From Malacoraja senta (Eukaryota), in NCBI GenBank assembly GCA_038087875.1, contig CM075992.1, positions 2,730,001-2,794,000 of the forward strand: DNA of 64,000 nt, read 5' to 3'. How positions within the stretch are numbered: position 1 is the stretch's first letter; every line of letters begins with the position of its first letter. Below the pieces are notes generated by a model. That model was given only the letters and a program-made list of their open reading frames with translations, was not told the origin of the DNA and made no database searches. A program made the position numbers and the translations under genes. This document shows, one piece after another, positions 1 to 12,345 of the stretch.

Positions 1-885
1 TTTGTAAGTTTCTATAAGATCCCCTCTCAATCTCCTAAATTCTAGAGAGTATAAACCAAGTCTATCCAGTCTTTCTTCATAAGACAGTCCTGACATCCCA
101 GGAATCAGTCTGGTGAACCTTCTCTGCACTCCCTCTATGGCAATAATGTCCTTCCTCAGATTTGGAGACCAAAACTGTACGCAATACTCCAGGTGTGGTC
201 TCACCAAGACCCTGTACAACTGCAGTAGAACCTCCCTGCTCCTATACTCAAATCCTTTTGCTATGAAAGCTAACATACCATTCGCTTTCTTCACTGCCTG
301 CTGCACCTGCATGCCTACTTTCAATGACTGGTGTATCATGACACCCAGGTCTCGCTGCATGTCCCCTTTTCCTAGTCGGCCACCATTTAGAAAATAGTCT
401 GCTTTCCTGTTTTTGCCACCAAAATGGATAACCTCACATTTATCCACATTATACTGCATCTGCCAAACATTTGCCCACTCACCCAGCCTATCCAAGTCAC
501 CTTGCAGTCTCCTAGCATCCTCCTCACAGCTAACACTGCCCCCCAGCTTAGTGTCATCCGCAAACTTGGAGATATTGCCTTCAATTCCCTCATCCAGGTC
601 ATTAATATATATTGTAAATAGCTGGGGTCCCAGCACTGAGCCTTGTGGTACCCCACTAGTCACTGCCTGCCATTGTGAAAAGGACCCGTTTACTCCTACT
701 CTTTGCCAGCCAGTTCTCTATCCACATCAATACTGAACCCCCAATGCCATGTGCTTTAAGTTTGTATACTAATCTCTTATGTGGGACCTTGTCAAAAGCT
801 TTCTGGAAGTCCAGATACACCACATCCACTGGTTCTCCCCTATCCACGCTACTAGTTACATCCTCGAAAAATTCTATAAGAAGGC
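1..885 (-). mobile_element. CR1-clade LINE fragment (ORF2 RT region, degenerate)
   Basis: Minus-strand translation gives CR1 RT motifs (LIEFFEDVTSSVDRGEPVDVVYLDFQKAFDKVPHKRL), broken by frameshifts; same family as 43060-45105. Confidence 0.9.
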
Positions 886-936
886 TAACCATCTTACTGT
901 AATGCCTCAGCTCCCTGTCCCACCCTATTCTGACAA

Positions 937-1240
937 GTGTTCAGTTCCGTTCAGAGATACAGCGTGGCCCACCGAATCCGCGCCGCCCAGCGATCCCCAT
1001 ACACTATACCCAGTACTATCCTACACACACTAGGGACAATTTACAAATTTACCAAGCCAGTTATCCTGCACATCCATAAGACCTGGGAGTGTGGGAGGAA
1101 ACCGGAGCTCCCGGGGAAAACCCACGCAGATCACGGGGAGAACGTACAACTCTGTACAGACAGCACCCGTAGTCAGGATCGAACCCGGGTCTCTGACGCT
1201 GCAAGGCAGCAACTCTACCGCTGTGCCACCTTGCCGCCCA
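937..1240 (-). mobile_element. HE1-type tRNA-derived V-SINE
   Basis: tRNA-like head GGCGGCAAGGTGGCACAGCGGTAGAGTTG...GGGTTCGATCC (A/B boxes), central V-domain-like block and CR1-like 3' tail; many copies in the window. Confidence 0.85.
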
Positions 1241-1329
1241 GGTGACCAGCCCAATTACAGTTGTGCATTTTGACTGCCTCCATGAAATTACCCTGCAACC
1301 AGTGATTTCACTGCCATGGGGAGAAGGGT

Positions 1330-1703
1330 CATAGAAACATAGAAAATAGGTGCAGGAGTAGGCCATTCGGCCCTTCGAGCCTGCACCGCCATTCAATATG
1401 ATCATGGCTGATCATCCAACTCAGTATCCTGTACCTGCCTTCTCTCCATACCCCCTGATCCCTTTAGCCACAAGGGCCACATCTAACTCCCTCTTAAATA
1501 TAGCCAATGAACTGGCCTCAACTACCTTCTATGGCAGAGAATTCCACAGATTCACCACTCTCTGTGTGAAAAATGTTTTTCTCATCTCGGTCCTAAAAGA
1601 CTTCCCACTTATCCTTAAACTGTGACCCCTTGTTCTGGACTTCCCCAACATCGGGAACAATCTTCCTGCATCTAGCTTGTCCAACCCCTTAAGAATTTTG
1701 TAA
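1330..1703 (-). mobile_element. CR1 LINE 3' end
   Basis: Encodes ...RTRGHSLRISGKSFRTEMRKTFFTQRVVNLWNSLP followed by a 3'UTR with a TTCTATG-like tail. Confidence 0.9.
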
Positions 1704-4700
1704 GTGTCGCAGAGCAAAGCTGACATCGGGCCAAATACATGGCAGCCAAGAATCATCCAAGATCACTGGCAAGCAAAATGGGAATGACTTACAAACTATA
1801 CATGTAAAAGCTTATCCCACATGCAGTTGCTGGCAGCTGTCACATATGATTTGAATAAGGAAAAAGCAGAATTGATTATCATATCCAAATAGGCTCATGA
1901 ACAGATTTAAATCATTCAGTAAAGGGCAGGGTTGTGGCTTGAGTCAGGTTCGCAGAAAACCAAAGCAATTGCAGATGGTGAATAATTTACTTGCCAAGAA
2001 ATATGGTCATGATTGACGTACTTGCATTTGCTTGCAAGTCACCGAGCTACACCAAGAATAATTCTCTACAAACCTATATAATGAGGAAGAATGCAGATGA
2101 GGTATGGTGGAGAGGGCGTTGAGCTAACAGAGATCAAAGATATCCAATTCAAATTGGCAATCTGGGCCACCCTGGACTGGTGGAAATTGAACAAGTCACG
2201 TGCTGCCACATTGATTTAGTTACCATATGTTGCCTCCTGACTGTCTTCTTGTACAAATCAATAGAAGCAAGTAAAAAAACAACCTTTCTGGCGCATCTCC
2301 AAATCTTTTTCTCGTTAGCTGCACATTGTTTGCTATTGAACCAACCTGGCAACATTGGCATTAAATATGTTTGGAGTGATACGGGTGACTCAGCCATAAC
2401 AGGCAGGTTGGACATGTGATGACATTTATTTCAGCATTGCTTTTCCCACTCCTCTAGGCTAGGGCGATGGGTGTGACTGCAGCGATGCAGAAACATGTTC
2501 CCATCAACGTGGCAAAGGAGAATTATTTAGGATCTCTCGCAACCACAATGATCCAGAGAAACAAAATGGAAAACTAAAAACAAAATGTTTAGTTTTGTTT
2601 ATTCTTGTCACATCTACCGAGGTACTGGGAAAAGCTTACAAAGCAAAGACAATACACGAGTACAATCAAGCTGTCAACAGTGCACAGATAAAGGATTCAA
2701 TATTTAGAGCAAAGATATAACATTGGTCCAATTAATGATAGTTTAACTTTGAGGTTCAGGCAGTCTCTATGGAAACCCAGCAGCCAACATAATATACAAG
2801 TAAGATGACAAAGCATCTATTTAGGTCACAAAGTGCTGGAGTAACTCAGTGAGTCAGGCAGCATCTCTGGAGAACATGGATTGGTGACATTTCAGGTCAG
2901 GATCTTTCTTCAGACTGATGAAAGATGGACAAGCATCCAGTGGATACCAAGTGAATTATCCCGTTTGTTTACACCTATCCAATAGCAGAGTAAAATCTTG
3001 CTTAAATGTCTGACAAGCAGCACCTCAGTGCCAGGCGTCAGACTGGGATGTGTGAGATGGAACTGTAGATGCTGGTTTAAACCGAAGATAGACACAAAAT
3101 GTTGGAGTAACTCAGCGGGACAGGCAGCATCTCTGAAGAGAAGGAATGAGTGATGTTTTGGGTCGACACCTAGTTTGAAGAACTGTCAGACTGGGATTAT
3201 ATGCTCACTTCCATATAAATTAAGCCCACAACCTCCTGACTCGGGTAAACTCCACAGTTGAAACAAATCTAGAAAAAAAACTACTGAAAGATTCAATGAA
3301 GTGCATTCAGCAGTAATGACAAAACCGAATAAAATCAAGATTCAGCCACAAGCCTTCCTCATTCCATTTCTCATTTCTCCGCCTATGTAAAACATTCTTA
3401 AGTTTCATGCATGAATAACCTGCTCCCCTGATATGCAACTGGGTTACATACAGTAACTCAAGTCAAGAAAAGAAAAGTTAATACTTGTAAAAGCAAGCTT
3501 TGAAACCAAAGCTTTAAGAACCAGTTTTAATTAACTACTTGAATGCTAGAAATTGATATTTGATCACAAATCCTGAATACCACTGGCAAGGGCAACATTT
3601 ATTGTCCATTCATAATTGTTTCTCGAACTGTCTTCGAGGGCTTGCTCTAGCTCTCTCTGCACTTTAATTAATTAATGATTCAGGATCAAAGTGTATCTTT
3701 TTCAGGAATTGAGACTGCACTGGGAATGTTCCAGTAGTCAAAAGAACAATTGTAAGAGAAGGGAATGCAAGTGTGGCATCAACCGGAGAAAGCTTACAAT
3801 ACAATAGAGAGAAGGGCACCAAGGTTTCACAGTCAGGTCATACAAGAACACAATCATTTACTCATCCATGAGGTGAAACTCCAGATGAGTTTTGACCATG
3901 TTCTAATCTGCATTAATAAAATACAGCTATAAATTATCAGCCGTAACTTCTTCCCCAGTTAATGAAAAGATCATAAACAACAGTTACCAAGTAATGCCCA
4001 CATCTATATCATCCAAGGCCTGCGAGTCAATACTTTTACTATAATTCTCTCAATTATTTAAAGGAAAATCGTTGAGAACAATTTTAAATATATAATTTCT
4101 GCACAATTTCCTTCACTCAACAAGATAAAGTTTAACCATTAGAAATAATACATTCTTGTAACAGTTGTACGATCACAGATAAAATATATTGTACTACAAA
4201 TATAGTTTACCCACATCCAAAAACATTACATGTTCCTTATGTCACCTTACCACTGGATTGATGAGAGCCAAGTATTCCAGGCTTGGTTTTAACATACATA
4301 TTTGAAACCAAGTAGATTATTTAACTTAATGTCCAATTATTTAATGCTCATTACAAACACACAAGGCTGACAGCTTGACAATAAAAATAAAAACATGAGG
4401 AACTTCTACTCTCTAAACTGTATACATTAAAAAATTATGAAAATCAAAAAGGATGAATGTGGAAATTAAAACAAGAGGAACATTGTAAATCACTCGAAGT
4501 TGCGTTTCTTAATTCAGTTTCTTGCTCATACATTTTCACATGGACACATGAAGCAAAAGGATCAGTGAAATATTAAATTGACTTTATATTGACTCCTTAT
4601 TGTAGCATCCAAAGGCAATTTGCAGCAATGCAATCCACAAATAAATGATTACTTATAACTGTTTTCACTCCGATCTGGTGAGGTCTCTTGAATGTCCCAA

Positions 4701-5294
4701 AATTACAAATCCAATCTTCATTACCAGAGAGCAGTAATCTGCTGTCCCGCTGAGTTACTCAAGCTTTTTGCGTCTATCTTCGGTTTTAACCAGCATCTGC
4801 AGTACCTTCCTACACATCCTTTCTATACTAATCTCCATTAGTAGTACGGGTGTCAGGCGTTATGGGGGGAAGGCAGGAGAATGGGGCTAGGAGGGAAAGA
4901 TAGATGAGCCATGATTGAATGGTGGAGTAGACTTGATGGGGCGAATGGCCTAAATCTGCTCCTATCACTTATGACCTTATGATCTACAATCCATCCATCG
5001 TTATGGATATACTCCATACACTATACTACATAATTTCCCAATCCATTGTTTGTGGGGGGGTTTCCAATCGTTGTCACCTCTAGTGAGGTGAAATTGATTA
5101 TTCCTTTCACACAGGAGGGCAGTTTTAATTTCAATTTCTACTGCTTCTTTCCTTTGCAATTTTGCTTTTCAACATTTACAATACACACATGCATCCAATG
5201 TCTAAATATGACTCACTGTTCCTGTCTATTATCAATCCCTAGACTCATTCATGACATCAGCGTCTTGCTATTATCCATTTGGTTTATCTCCTCT

Positions 5295-5810
5295 CATGTT
5301 CCTTTACTCAACACCCAATGATATGAATATTGATTTCTAACTTCAACTAGCCCTTGCTTTCCGTCTCTCTCCGTCCTTCCCCCGCCCGAGTTCTCCGACC
5401 ATTTTCACTCTCCTCCTTATTAATTTTACTGTTTGTATGCCTCGTTGTCACTCCCCCCCCCCCCCCCCCCCAGCCAACAATGAATCATTCTACGTTTCCT
5501 TGATCATCATCAGCTTTGATCTGTGCAGGAAGGAACTACAAATGCTAGTTTACATCGAAGATGTTTACACCAAAATGCTGGAGTAACTCAGCGGAACAGG
5601 CAGTATCTCAGGAGAGAAGGAATGGGTGACGTTTCAGGTCGAGATCCTACTTCAGATCTGTCATTTTCCCACCTGACCCTTCCATATCTCCAGTCTCTCA
5701 GTCCCCTGACTCTCAGTCAGAGGAAGGGTTCGACCCAAAACGTCACCCATTCCCCACATTCAGGATACTGCCTGTCCCACTGAGTTACTCCAGCATTTTG
5801 TGTCTATCTT
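5295..5810 (+). mobile_element. Penelope-like element 3' end/pseudo-LTR with a nested inverted unit
   Basis: Contains the GGGTTCGACCCAAAACGTCACCCATTCC...GAGTTACTCCAGCATTTTGTG unit found throughout the window; an opposite-orientation unit is nested at about 5525-5655. Confidence 0.55.
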
Positions 5811-5982
5811 TTGTTTTATTCGTTCTTGTACCCTGCTACTTGCACCCTGTTTCTGCATTCGTTGCATAAATGTCGGGACTTTTTTTTCCTCTCCCTCTTT
5901 CTTTTCAAGGCTCTGGGCCGGAGGCACCGTCGAGTGCCAGTGACCATCGAGCTGTCAGGAGCAAGATCTGGGGCTGGTTTAC

Positions 5983-6302
5983 CTTCACTCGCCAGTTGCA
6001 CAACCTCAGCCGCTGCTGCCGGACTGAGCCAGTGAAGCAGGGCCCGGGGGCCTTTCCGCTGCCAGGCCGCAGACGATCCCGATTCTTGACAAGTCTGGCG
6101 TCGACCTCCGGATAATCTCAACCAGAGGCCAAATCCGTCGGCGATTCCTCCTCCGCCGCTCCCGGGTCGCGCTCCCACCTCCTTCTCCAGTCCCAGTCCC
6201 AGTCCCCGCCGCCTCGCTCCCTGGCGTCCGCACCACCCACCTCCCGCAAGTGACGACACGTCCGGCACTGCCGCTGGAACAGCATGCTGGGAGTTGTAGT
6301 CC
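5983..6302 (-). promoter_or_regulatory. CpG-rich promoter and probable non-coding first exon of a leftward gene (possibly TYK2 by synteny)
   Basis: GC/CpG-rich island; minus-strand donor AAG|GTAAAC at 5983/5982; ZNF143-type motif at its upstream edge; no recognisable coding match. Confidence 0.6.
6283..6302 (-). promoter_or_regulatory. ZNF143/Staf (THAP11-associated) promoter motif
   Basis: Minus strand reads GGACTACAACTCCCAGCATG, matching the vertebrate ACTACAAYTCCCAG promoter element. Confidence 0.8.
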
Positions 6303-6346
6303 ATGAGGTGAGGTCATTAGTCCCATCTTCACCGCTTCAGGTGAGG

Positions 6347-7250
6347 CAAGTTCAAGTTCAAGTGAGTTTTTATTGTCATGTGTCTCTGATAGGACAATGA
6401 AATTCTTGCTTTGCTTCAGCACAACAGAACATAGTAGGCATTGACTACAAGGCATTCTATAAATATATACACACATGAATCAATATACTGATAAAGTGCA
6501 AATAACAGTATTGGCTAATAAAGTTCAGTGTTATGTCCGAGCCAGGTTTAATAGCCTGATGGCTGTGGGGAAGTAGCTATTCCTGAACCTGGTCGTTGCA
6601 GTCTTCAGGCTCCTGTACCTTCTACTTGAAGGTAGTAGGGAGATGAGTGTGTGGCCAGGATGGTGTGGGTCCTTGATGATACTGCCAGCCTTTTTGAGGC
6701 AGCGACTGTGATAGATCCCCTCGATGGAAGGGAGGTCAGAGCCGATGATGGACTGGGCAGTGTTTACTACTTTTTGTAGTCTTTTTCTCTCCAGGGCGCT
6801 CAAGTTGCCGAACCAAGCCACGATGCAACCGGTCAGCATGCTCTCTACTGTGCACCTGTAGAAGTTAGAGAGAGTCCTCCTTGACAAACCGACTCTCCGT
6901 AATCTTCTCAGGAAGTAGAGGCGCTGATGTGCTTTCTTAATAATGGCATCAGTGTTCTCGGACCAGGAAAGATCTTCAGATATGTGCACGCCCAGGAATT
7001 TGAAGCTCTTGACCCTTTCAACCATCGACCCGTTGATCTAAACGGGACTGTGGGTCCCCATCCTACTCCTTCCAAAGTCCACAATCAGTTCCTTGGTTTT
7101 GCTGGTGTTGAGGGCCAGGTTATTGTGCTGGCACCATATGGACAGTTGCTCGATCTCTCTTCTATACTCTGACTCATCCCCATCAGTGATATGTCCCACA
7201 ACAGTGGTGTTGTCAGCGAACTTGATGATGGAGTTCGCACTATGTCCGGC
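6347..7250 (-). mobile_element. Rex1/Babar-type LINE, 5'-truncated, young
   Basis: ORF 6531..7025 (FKFLGVHISEDLSW...KKAHQRLYFLRRLRR...FYRCTVESML) is the typical Rex/Babar C-terminal region; CTTGA(A)-type repeat tail. Confidence 0.85.
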
Positions 7251-7597
7251 AGAGATTCAAGTCAAGTCAAGTCACTTTTATTTTCTATGTTTCTATTGGG
7301 GAGAAGGCAGGCACGGGTTATTGATAGGGGACGATCAGCCATGATCATAATGAATGGCGGTGCTGGCTCGAATGGCCGAATGGCCTGCTCCTGCACCTAT
7401 TTTCTATGCTTCTATGGTTCTATTTATATAGCACATTTAAAAAACAACTCTCGTTGGCCAAAGTGCTTTACATTGGTATAAGAATAGTATAACAAACAGC
7501 AGTGGTTCATAGATTAAATACAAACATCACTACATACATATATAGCCCTCGCTCAGAGGATGTTAAGAAAGGCTTGGGAGTACAGATGAGTTTTAAG

Positions 7598-7627
7598 CAA
7601 AGATACTAGAGTACTCTAGTATCTTTG
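7598..7627. mobile_element. 30-bp perfect palindromic insertion with 8-bp TSD (hAT-like micro-element)
   Basis: CAAAGATACTAGAGT|ACTCTAGTATCTTTG flanked by GTTTTAAG at 7590-7597 and 7628-7635. Confidence 0.7.
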
Positions 7628-7959
7628 GTTTTAAGTCTCGACTTAAAGGAGTCGATGGAGGGGGCAGTTCTGATGGGATGAGGGATGCTGTCCCACAGTC
7701 TAGGAGCTGCAACTTGCTTCAATTTGCTCCTCCGTCCTCCAACCTCATCTACTGTATCCGTTGCTCAAGAAGTGGACTCTTATACATCAGCAAGACCAAA
7801 CGTACAATGGGTGACCATCTCGCAACATAAGAAATACATACAAAAAAACAATAATACAATAAATGATCAATTATACTGGGTAACCCAACATTAGTGGTTG
7901 ACATGGAAATTATTGGCTTACAATTTGTTCCTCGCAAGTGTTAAATGAAGGAGTCAGGA

Positions 7960-8238
7960 TGGCCCTATGATGTAGCTGCTTCCTGACAGTGCCAGAGACC
8001 CAGGTTTGATCCTGACCTCAGGTGCTGGCTGCGTGGAGTTTTCACACTCTCCCTATATGACCGCATGGGTTTCCTCCCAAATCCCAAAGATGTGCAGGTT
8101 TATACATTAATTGGCCTATGTAAAATTCTCCCTAGTTTGCAAGGAATAGAATAGAACTGGTGTGAACGGTTGATCCTTTTACATCATCACCTTTCATAGG
8201 ACTCGGTGGGACGAAGGGCCTGTTTCCATGCTGTATCT
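7960..8238 (+). mobile_element. HE1-type V-SINE (diverged)
   Basis: V-domain-like block and GAAGGGCCTGTTTCC...(CTAAA)n tail. Confidence 0.75.
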
Positions 8239-10084
8239 CTAAACTAAACTAAACTAAATCATCCTATGATTGTGTTGAAAAGCAATGTGTTCATTATGTT
8301 CAATCTGTCCACTAAATGCTGACGCAAGTGCCAAAACATTATATCAGGAAACCTGACCCCTTGATGGAGTGCTAAGCTGTATATTAAGTTATAATATTCT
8401 CTCAGTTGGTCTTCAGGTGCCATTCAACTGAGATAACCGTAATTTAAAGGTTTTAAAAGTACGTAGGCACATTTATGACCTTGATAACTATCCAACAATA
8501 GCATCTTTAATCTGGTTAACTATCCCCAAGATGCTCCACAGGAACACATATCAATTAAAATTTGACAGATATCCGAGCAAGACACCAAAAGCTGGAACAA
8601 AGAGAAGTGTTTTAAAGATAGAAAGGTTTGGAATGGATTTCCAGAGTTCAGGACCAAGATTCAGGTGAAAGCACGGCCACCTGAGGGACAATAGAAATCA
8701 GGGCTTCACAATAATGAAAAATTGGAGGAGATCCTGTAACTTTTAACCAGACAATAATCTGTGGATGTGTAGGAAGGAACTGCAGTTGCTGGTTTACATA
8801 GAAAATGCGGGAGTACCTCAGCGGGACAGGCAGCATCTCTGGATAGAAGGAATGGGTGACGTTTTGGGTCGAGACCCTTGGATCATGTGTTTTATGGCTC
8901 TGACACAATGAATACTTTAAAGTAATTACTCGCATGGGTTCTATTAGGTCATGTTTTACTACAGGCAACAAAATAATCACAAATGATAGGTAAAAATTAT
9001 GTTTACATTTTTTTTTAATTTCTTTGCATTCGTGAAGCAAAAAGTGTACAGTTGCAACATTCAAGGTTTGAGTGGCTGGTCGGAGAAATCACAGGTTATA
9101 CCACAGAAAACAGTTCCGACCAGAAATATAAATTATTTAATCCGGGCAGCAGTGAGCTGGGAAACTCCACTGGGACTAGCCTCAAGAGCCAGTTGTTGTG
9201 ACATTGGAACAGTGACCTTGATCTCAGTATAATGTGTGCAACGATAATATTGCAGAGGGTAAAAGAAGTTAGATATCATTCAAATGGATTCAATGAAATT
9301 CATGCTAAGATGAGGGAATTTAATATTCACATTCAAGTATAAAACCATTAAAATTATAATGCAGATTACACAGTCACATCTGTAACCTTTGTAGAATGTG
9401 GAAGAGAAAGCAGCATTCTATTTGATTAAATATACAAACAATGAAAGGTTGTGATTGTGAAATGAAATATTGGGAACAGATTGAAAGATAGAATATAAAA
9501 TATAATGATTTTGATTAACCTAAAATAATTAAGTGACTTGTGATGATCATCAAGTTATTGATTCTGCCCCCAATGTTGTAAAATTATTAACAACAAGCCT
9601 AACCTAATGATCTGCAGATTGAGGACTTTTGAGAGGTTATTCTTTACCAGAAACGGTAGCAGGGGCTAAAAGAGCAGGTTAGAAGCTGCAATGAGTCACG
9701 ACCTTCCTCATTCCTTAACAAGGACGAACGAGGAACATGAGAGAATACTCTCTGCTTGACAGGACTGTAACATTCATGAAGCTCAACAATCTCTAGGGTA
9801 AAGCAGTGGTGTCTTGTTCACTCCACCCATTAGTCATGTACCACTGAGTGCAAGATACATCATCTGCAAAATGCAATGCAACAATTTCCTCATGCTGTCA
9901 GAATAATACTTCTTAAACCAGCAACCTCTATTATCAAGAAGGAAAAAGCTGACAAATCCTCATCACGGCAATTAATTAACAAACCTTTGTTGATCCTTTT
10001 AGCACAAGACATTTATATCACATGGTGGACATGATCTCACCAGGACCCTTAACAATGCCAGACATCTGTGGGTAGTGCAGGTAT

Positions 10085-10760
10085 CTGATTGTGGACTTTG
10101 GAAGGAGTAGGATGGGGACCCACAGTCCCGTTTATATCAACGGGTCGATGGTTGAAAGGGTCAAGAGCTTCAAATTCCTGGGCGTGCACATCTCTGAAGA
10201 TCTTTCCTGGTCCGAGAACACTGATGCCATTATTAAGAAAGCACATCAGCGCCTCTACTTCCTGAGAAGATTACGGAGAGTCGGTTTGTCAAGGAGGACT
10301 CTCTCTAACTTCTACAGGTGCACAGTAGAGAGCATGCTAACCGGTTGCATCGTGGCTTGGTTCGGCAACTTGAGCGCCCTGGAGAGAAAAAGACTACAAA
10401 AAGTAGTAAACACTGCCCAGTCCATCATCAGCTCTGACCTCCCTTCCATCGAGGGCATCTATCACAGTCGCTGCCTCAAAAAGGCTGGCAGTATCAACAA
10501 GGACCCACACCATCCTGGCCACACACTCATCTCCCTACTACCTTCAGGTAGAAGGTACAGGAGCCTGAAGACTGCAACGACCAGGTTCAGGAATAGCTAC
10601 TTCCCCACAGCCATCAGGCTATTAAACCTGGCTCGGACATAACACTGAACTTTATTAGCCAATACTGTTATTTGCACTTTATCAGTATATTGATTCATGT
10701 GTGTATATATTTATAGAATGCCTTGTAGTCAATGCCTATGTTCTGTTGTGCTGAAGCAAA
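10085..10760 (+). mobile_element. Rex1/Babar-type LINE, 5'-truncated, young
   Basis: ORF 10091..10642 is almost identical to the ORF at 6531..7025; (CTTGA)n tail. Confidence 0.85.
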
Positions 10761-11500
10761 GCAAGAATTTCATTGTCCTATCAGAGACACATGACAATAA
10801 ACTCACTTGACTTGACTTGATCTCACAGCAATCCCAATACAATCTTGACTTCCAGTGCTGTGTGTATGAACCTTGCACATTCGATCTACAACAATTTGGA
10901 TTTCCCCAAGTGCTCCAGTTTCCACCTACAACCGAGTGAAAGCCAGTTGCTGTAAACTACTCCTCTGTGTAAGTGCATGGCAGATATTAATGGCCATGCG
11001 AGGAAAAATAGGGAACTGAAAAATCAGTGATGGGATTGATGTGAAAGCCAGCAATGACTCAACTGATTGCTATGACTCCCTTCCATGTTGTATGAAAAGA
11101 TGAAATCTTTATTTTTGTACTCAAATTTTCTTGAAATAAAGTCAACATAAAGATCATACTTTCCTAATTACTTGTACTTCCATGTTAACTTTCAGTAATC
11201 GGTGTGCAAGAACACTAAGGTCCTGAACACACGCTGACTTGAATCTCTCACCTTTCAGCAAAATATTCACCATTTCTACTTGAACCAAACCTCACACATT
11301 TCCACTTTATATTTCGTCTGCCATTTCCTCGAATGTTCATTTAGACTCAATATCCTGCAGAAGCATCTGTGAATCCTCCACACAACCCACACTGCCATCT
11401 AGCTTTGTAACATATGCAAACTTGAATATATTGCACTTGATACCAGATATCTAGATCCACAGTGTGAACAACTGGACAACTATATTTAATCATGTACCTC

Positions 11501-11817
11501 ACATGTTTCCCATGTTGGGGGAGTCCAGAACCAGTGGTCATGGTTTAAGAATAAGGGGTAGGCCATTTAGGACAGAGATGAGGAAAAAACATTTCACCCA
11601 GAGAGTTGTAAATCTGTGGAATTCTCTGCCAATGGAGGCCAATTCTCTGGATGTTTTCAAGAAAGTTTGATTTAGCTCATAGAGCTAAAGGAATCAAGGG
11701 ATCTGGGGAAAAAGCAGGAACGGGGTACTGATTTTGGATGATAGGCCATGATCATATTGAATGGCTGTGCTGGCTCAAAGGGCTGAATGGCCTGGTCCTG
11801 CACCTATTTTCTATGTT
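11501..11817 (+). mobile_element. CR1 LINE 3' end
   Basis: MFPMLGESRTSGHGLRIRGRPFRTEMRK..QRVVNLWNSLP plus CR1 3'UTR. Confidence 0.85.
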
Positions 11818-12129
11818 CCATTTGCACCCTCATTCGCCATGCACAGAATGACATTTGGGCAAGAAATTCTCTGAGGCACACAACAGCACAGAAGCAGTTT
11901 ACTGCATCACATTTTTATTTGCATATAGTGGCCAGTAACAAGAAAAATGATACAATAACTACCTTGCTCGTAAGCATCAACCGCCTCAGATCAAACAGGT
12001 CACAGTAACACGCAGTATCAACAGCAACATTGGCCTTAGCTGAACAATTATTCTGAGTCACAATGTGTTCAGTGTGCAGTTTCATTAAAATATATGTACA
12101 GAACTTTAGTCAAACCCAGTAGACAATGC

Positions 12130-12345
12130 GAAGGTAGACACAAAATGCTGGAGTAAATCAGCGGGGCAGGCAGCATCTCTGGAGAGAAGGAATAGGTGAC
12201 TTTGCGTCGAGACCCTTCACCAGTCTGAAGGGTCACGACCCGAAACGTCACCCATTCCTTCTCTCCAGAGATGCTGCCCGTCCTGCTGAGTTACTCCAGC
12301 ATTTTGTGTCTACCTTCGATTTAAACCAGCATCTGCAGTTCTTTC
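12130..12345. mobile_element. Inverted pair of Penelope-type terminal units
   Basis: GAAGGTAGACACAAAATGCTGGAGTAA... at 12130 is the reverse complement of ...TTACTCCAGCATTTTGTGTCTACCTTC ending near 12317; hammerhead-like core in the middle. Confidence 0.65.

Noticed and set aside
2149..2573. Possible coding exon of the leftward gene (MSNLPVMAESP...)
   Set aside because: Plausible acceptor at 2574 but a weak donor, several upstream ATGs and no recognisable homology to JAK/TYK2 or other proteins
5816..6304. 162-aa ORF starting MDYNSQH
   Set aside because: The start is a translation of the ZNF143 motif, the ORF runs through a splice donor, and it resembles no protein I know
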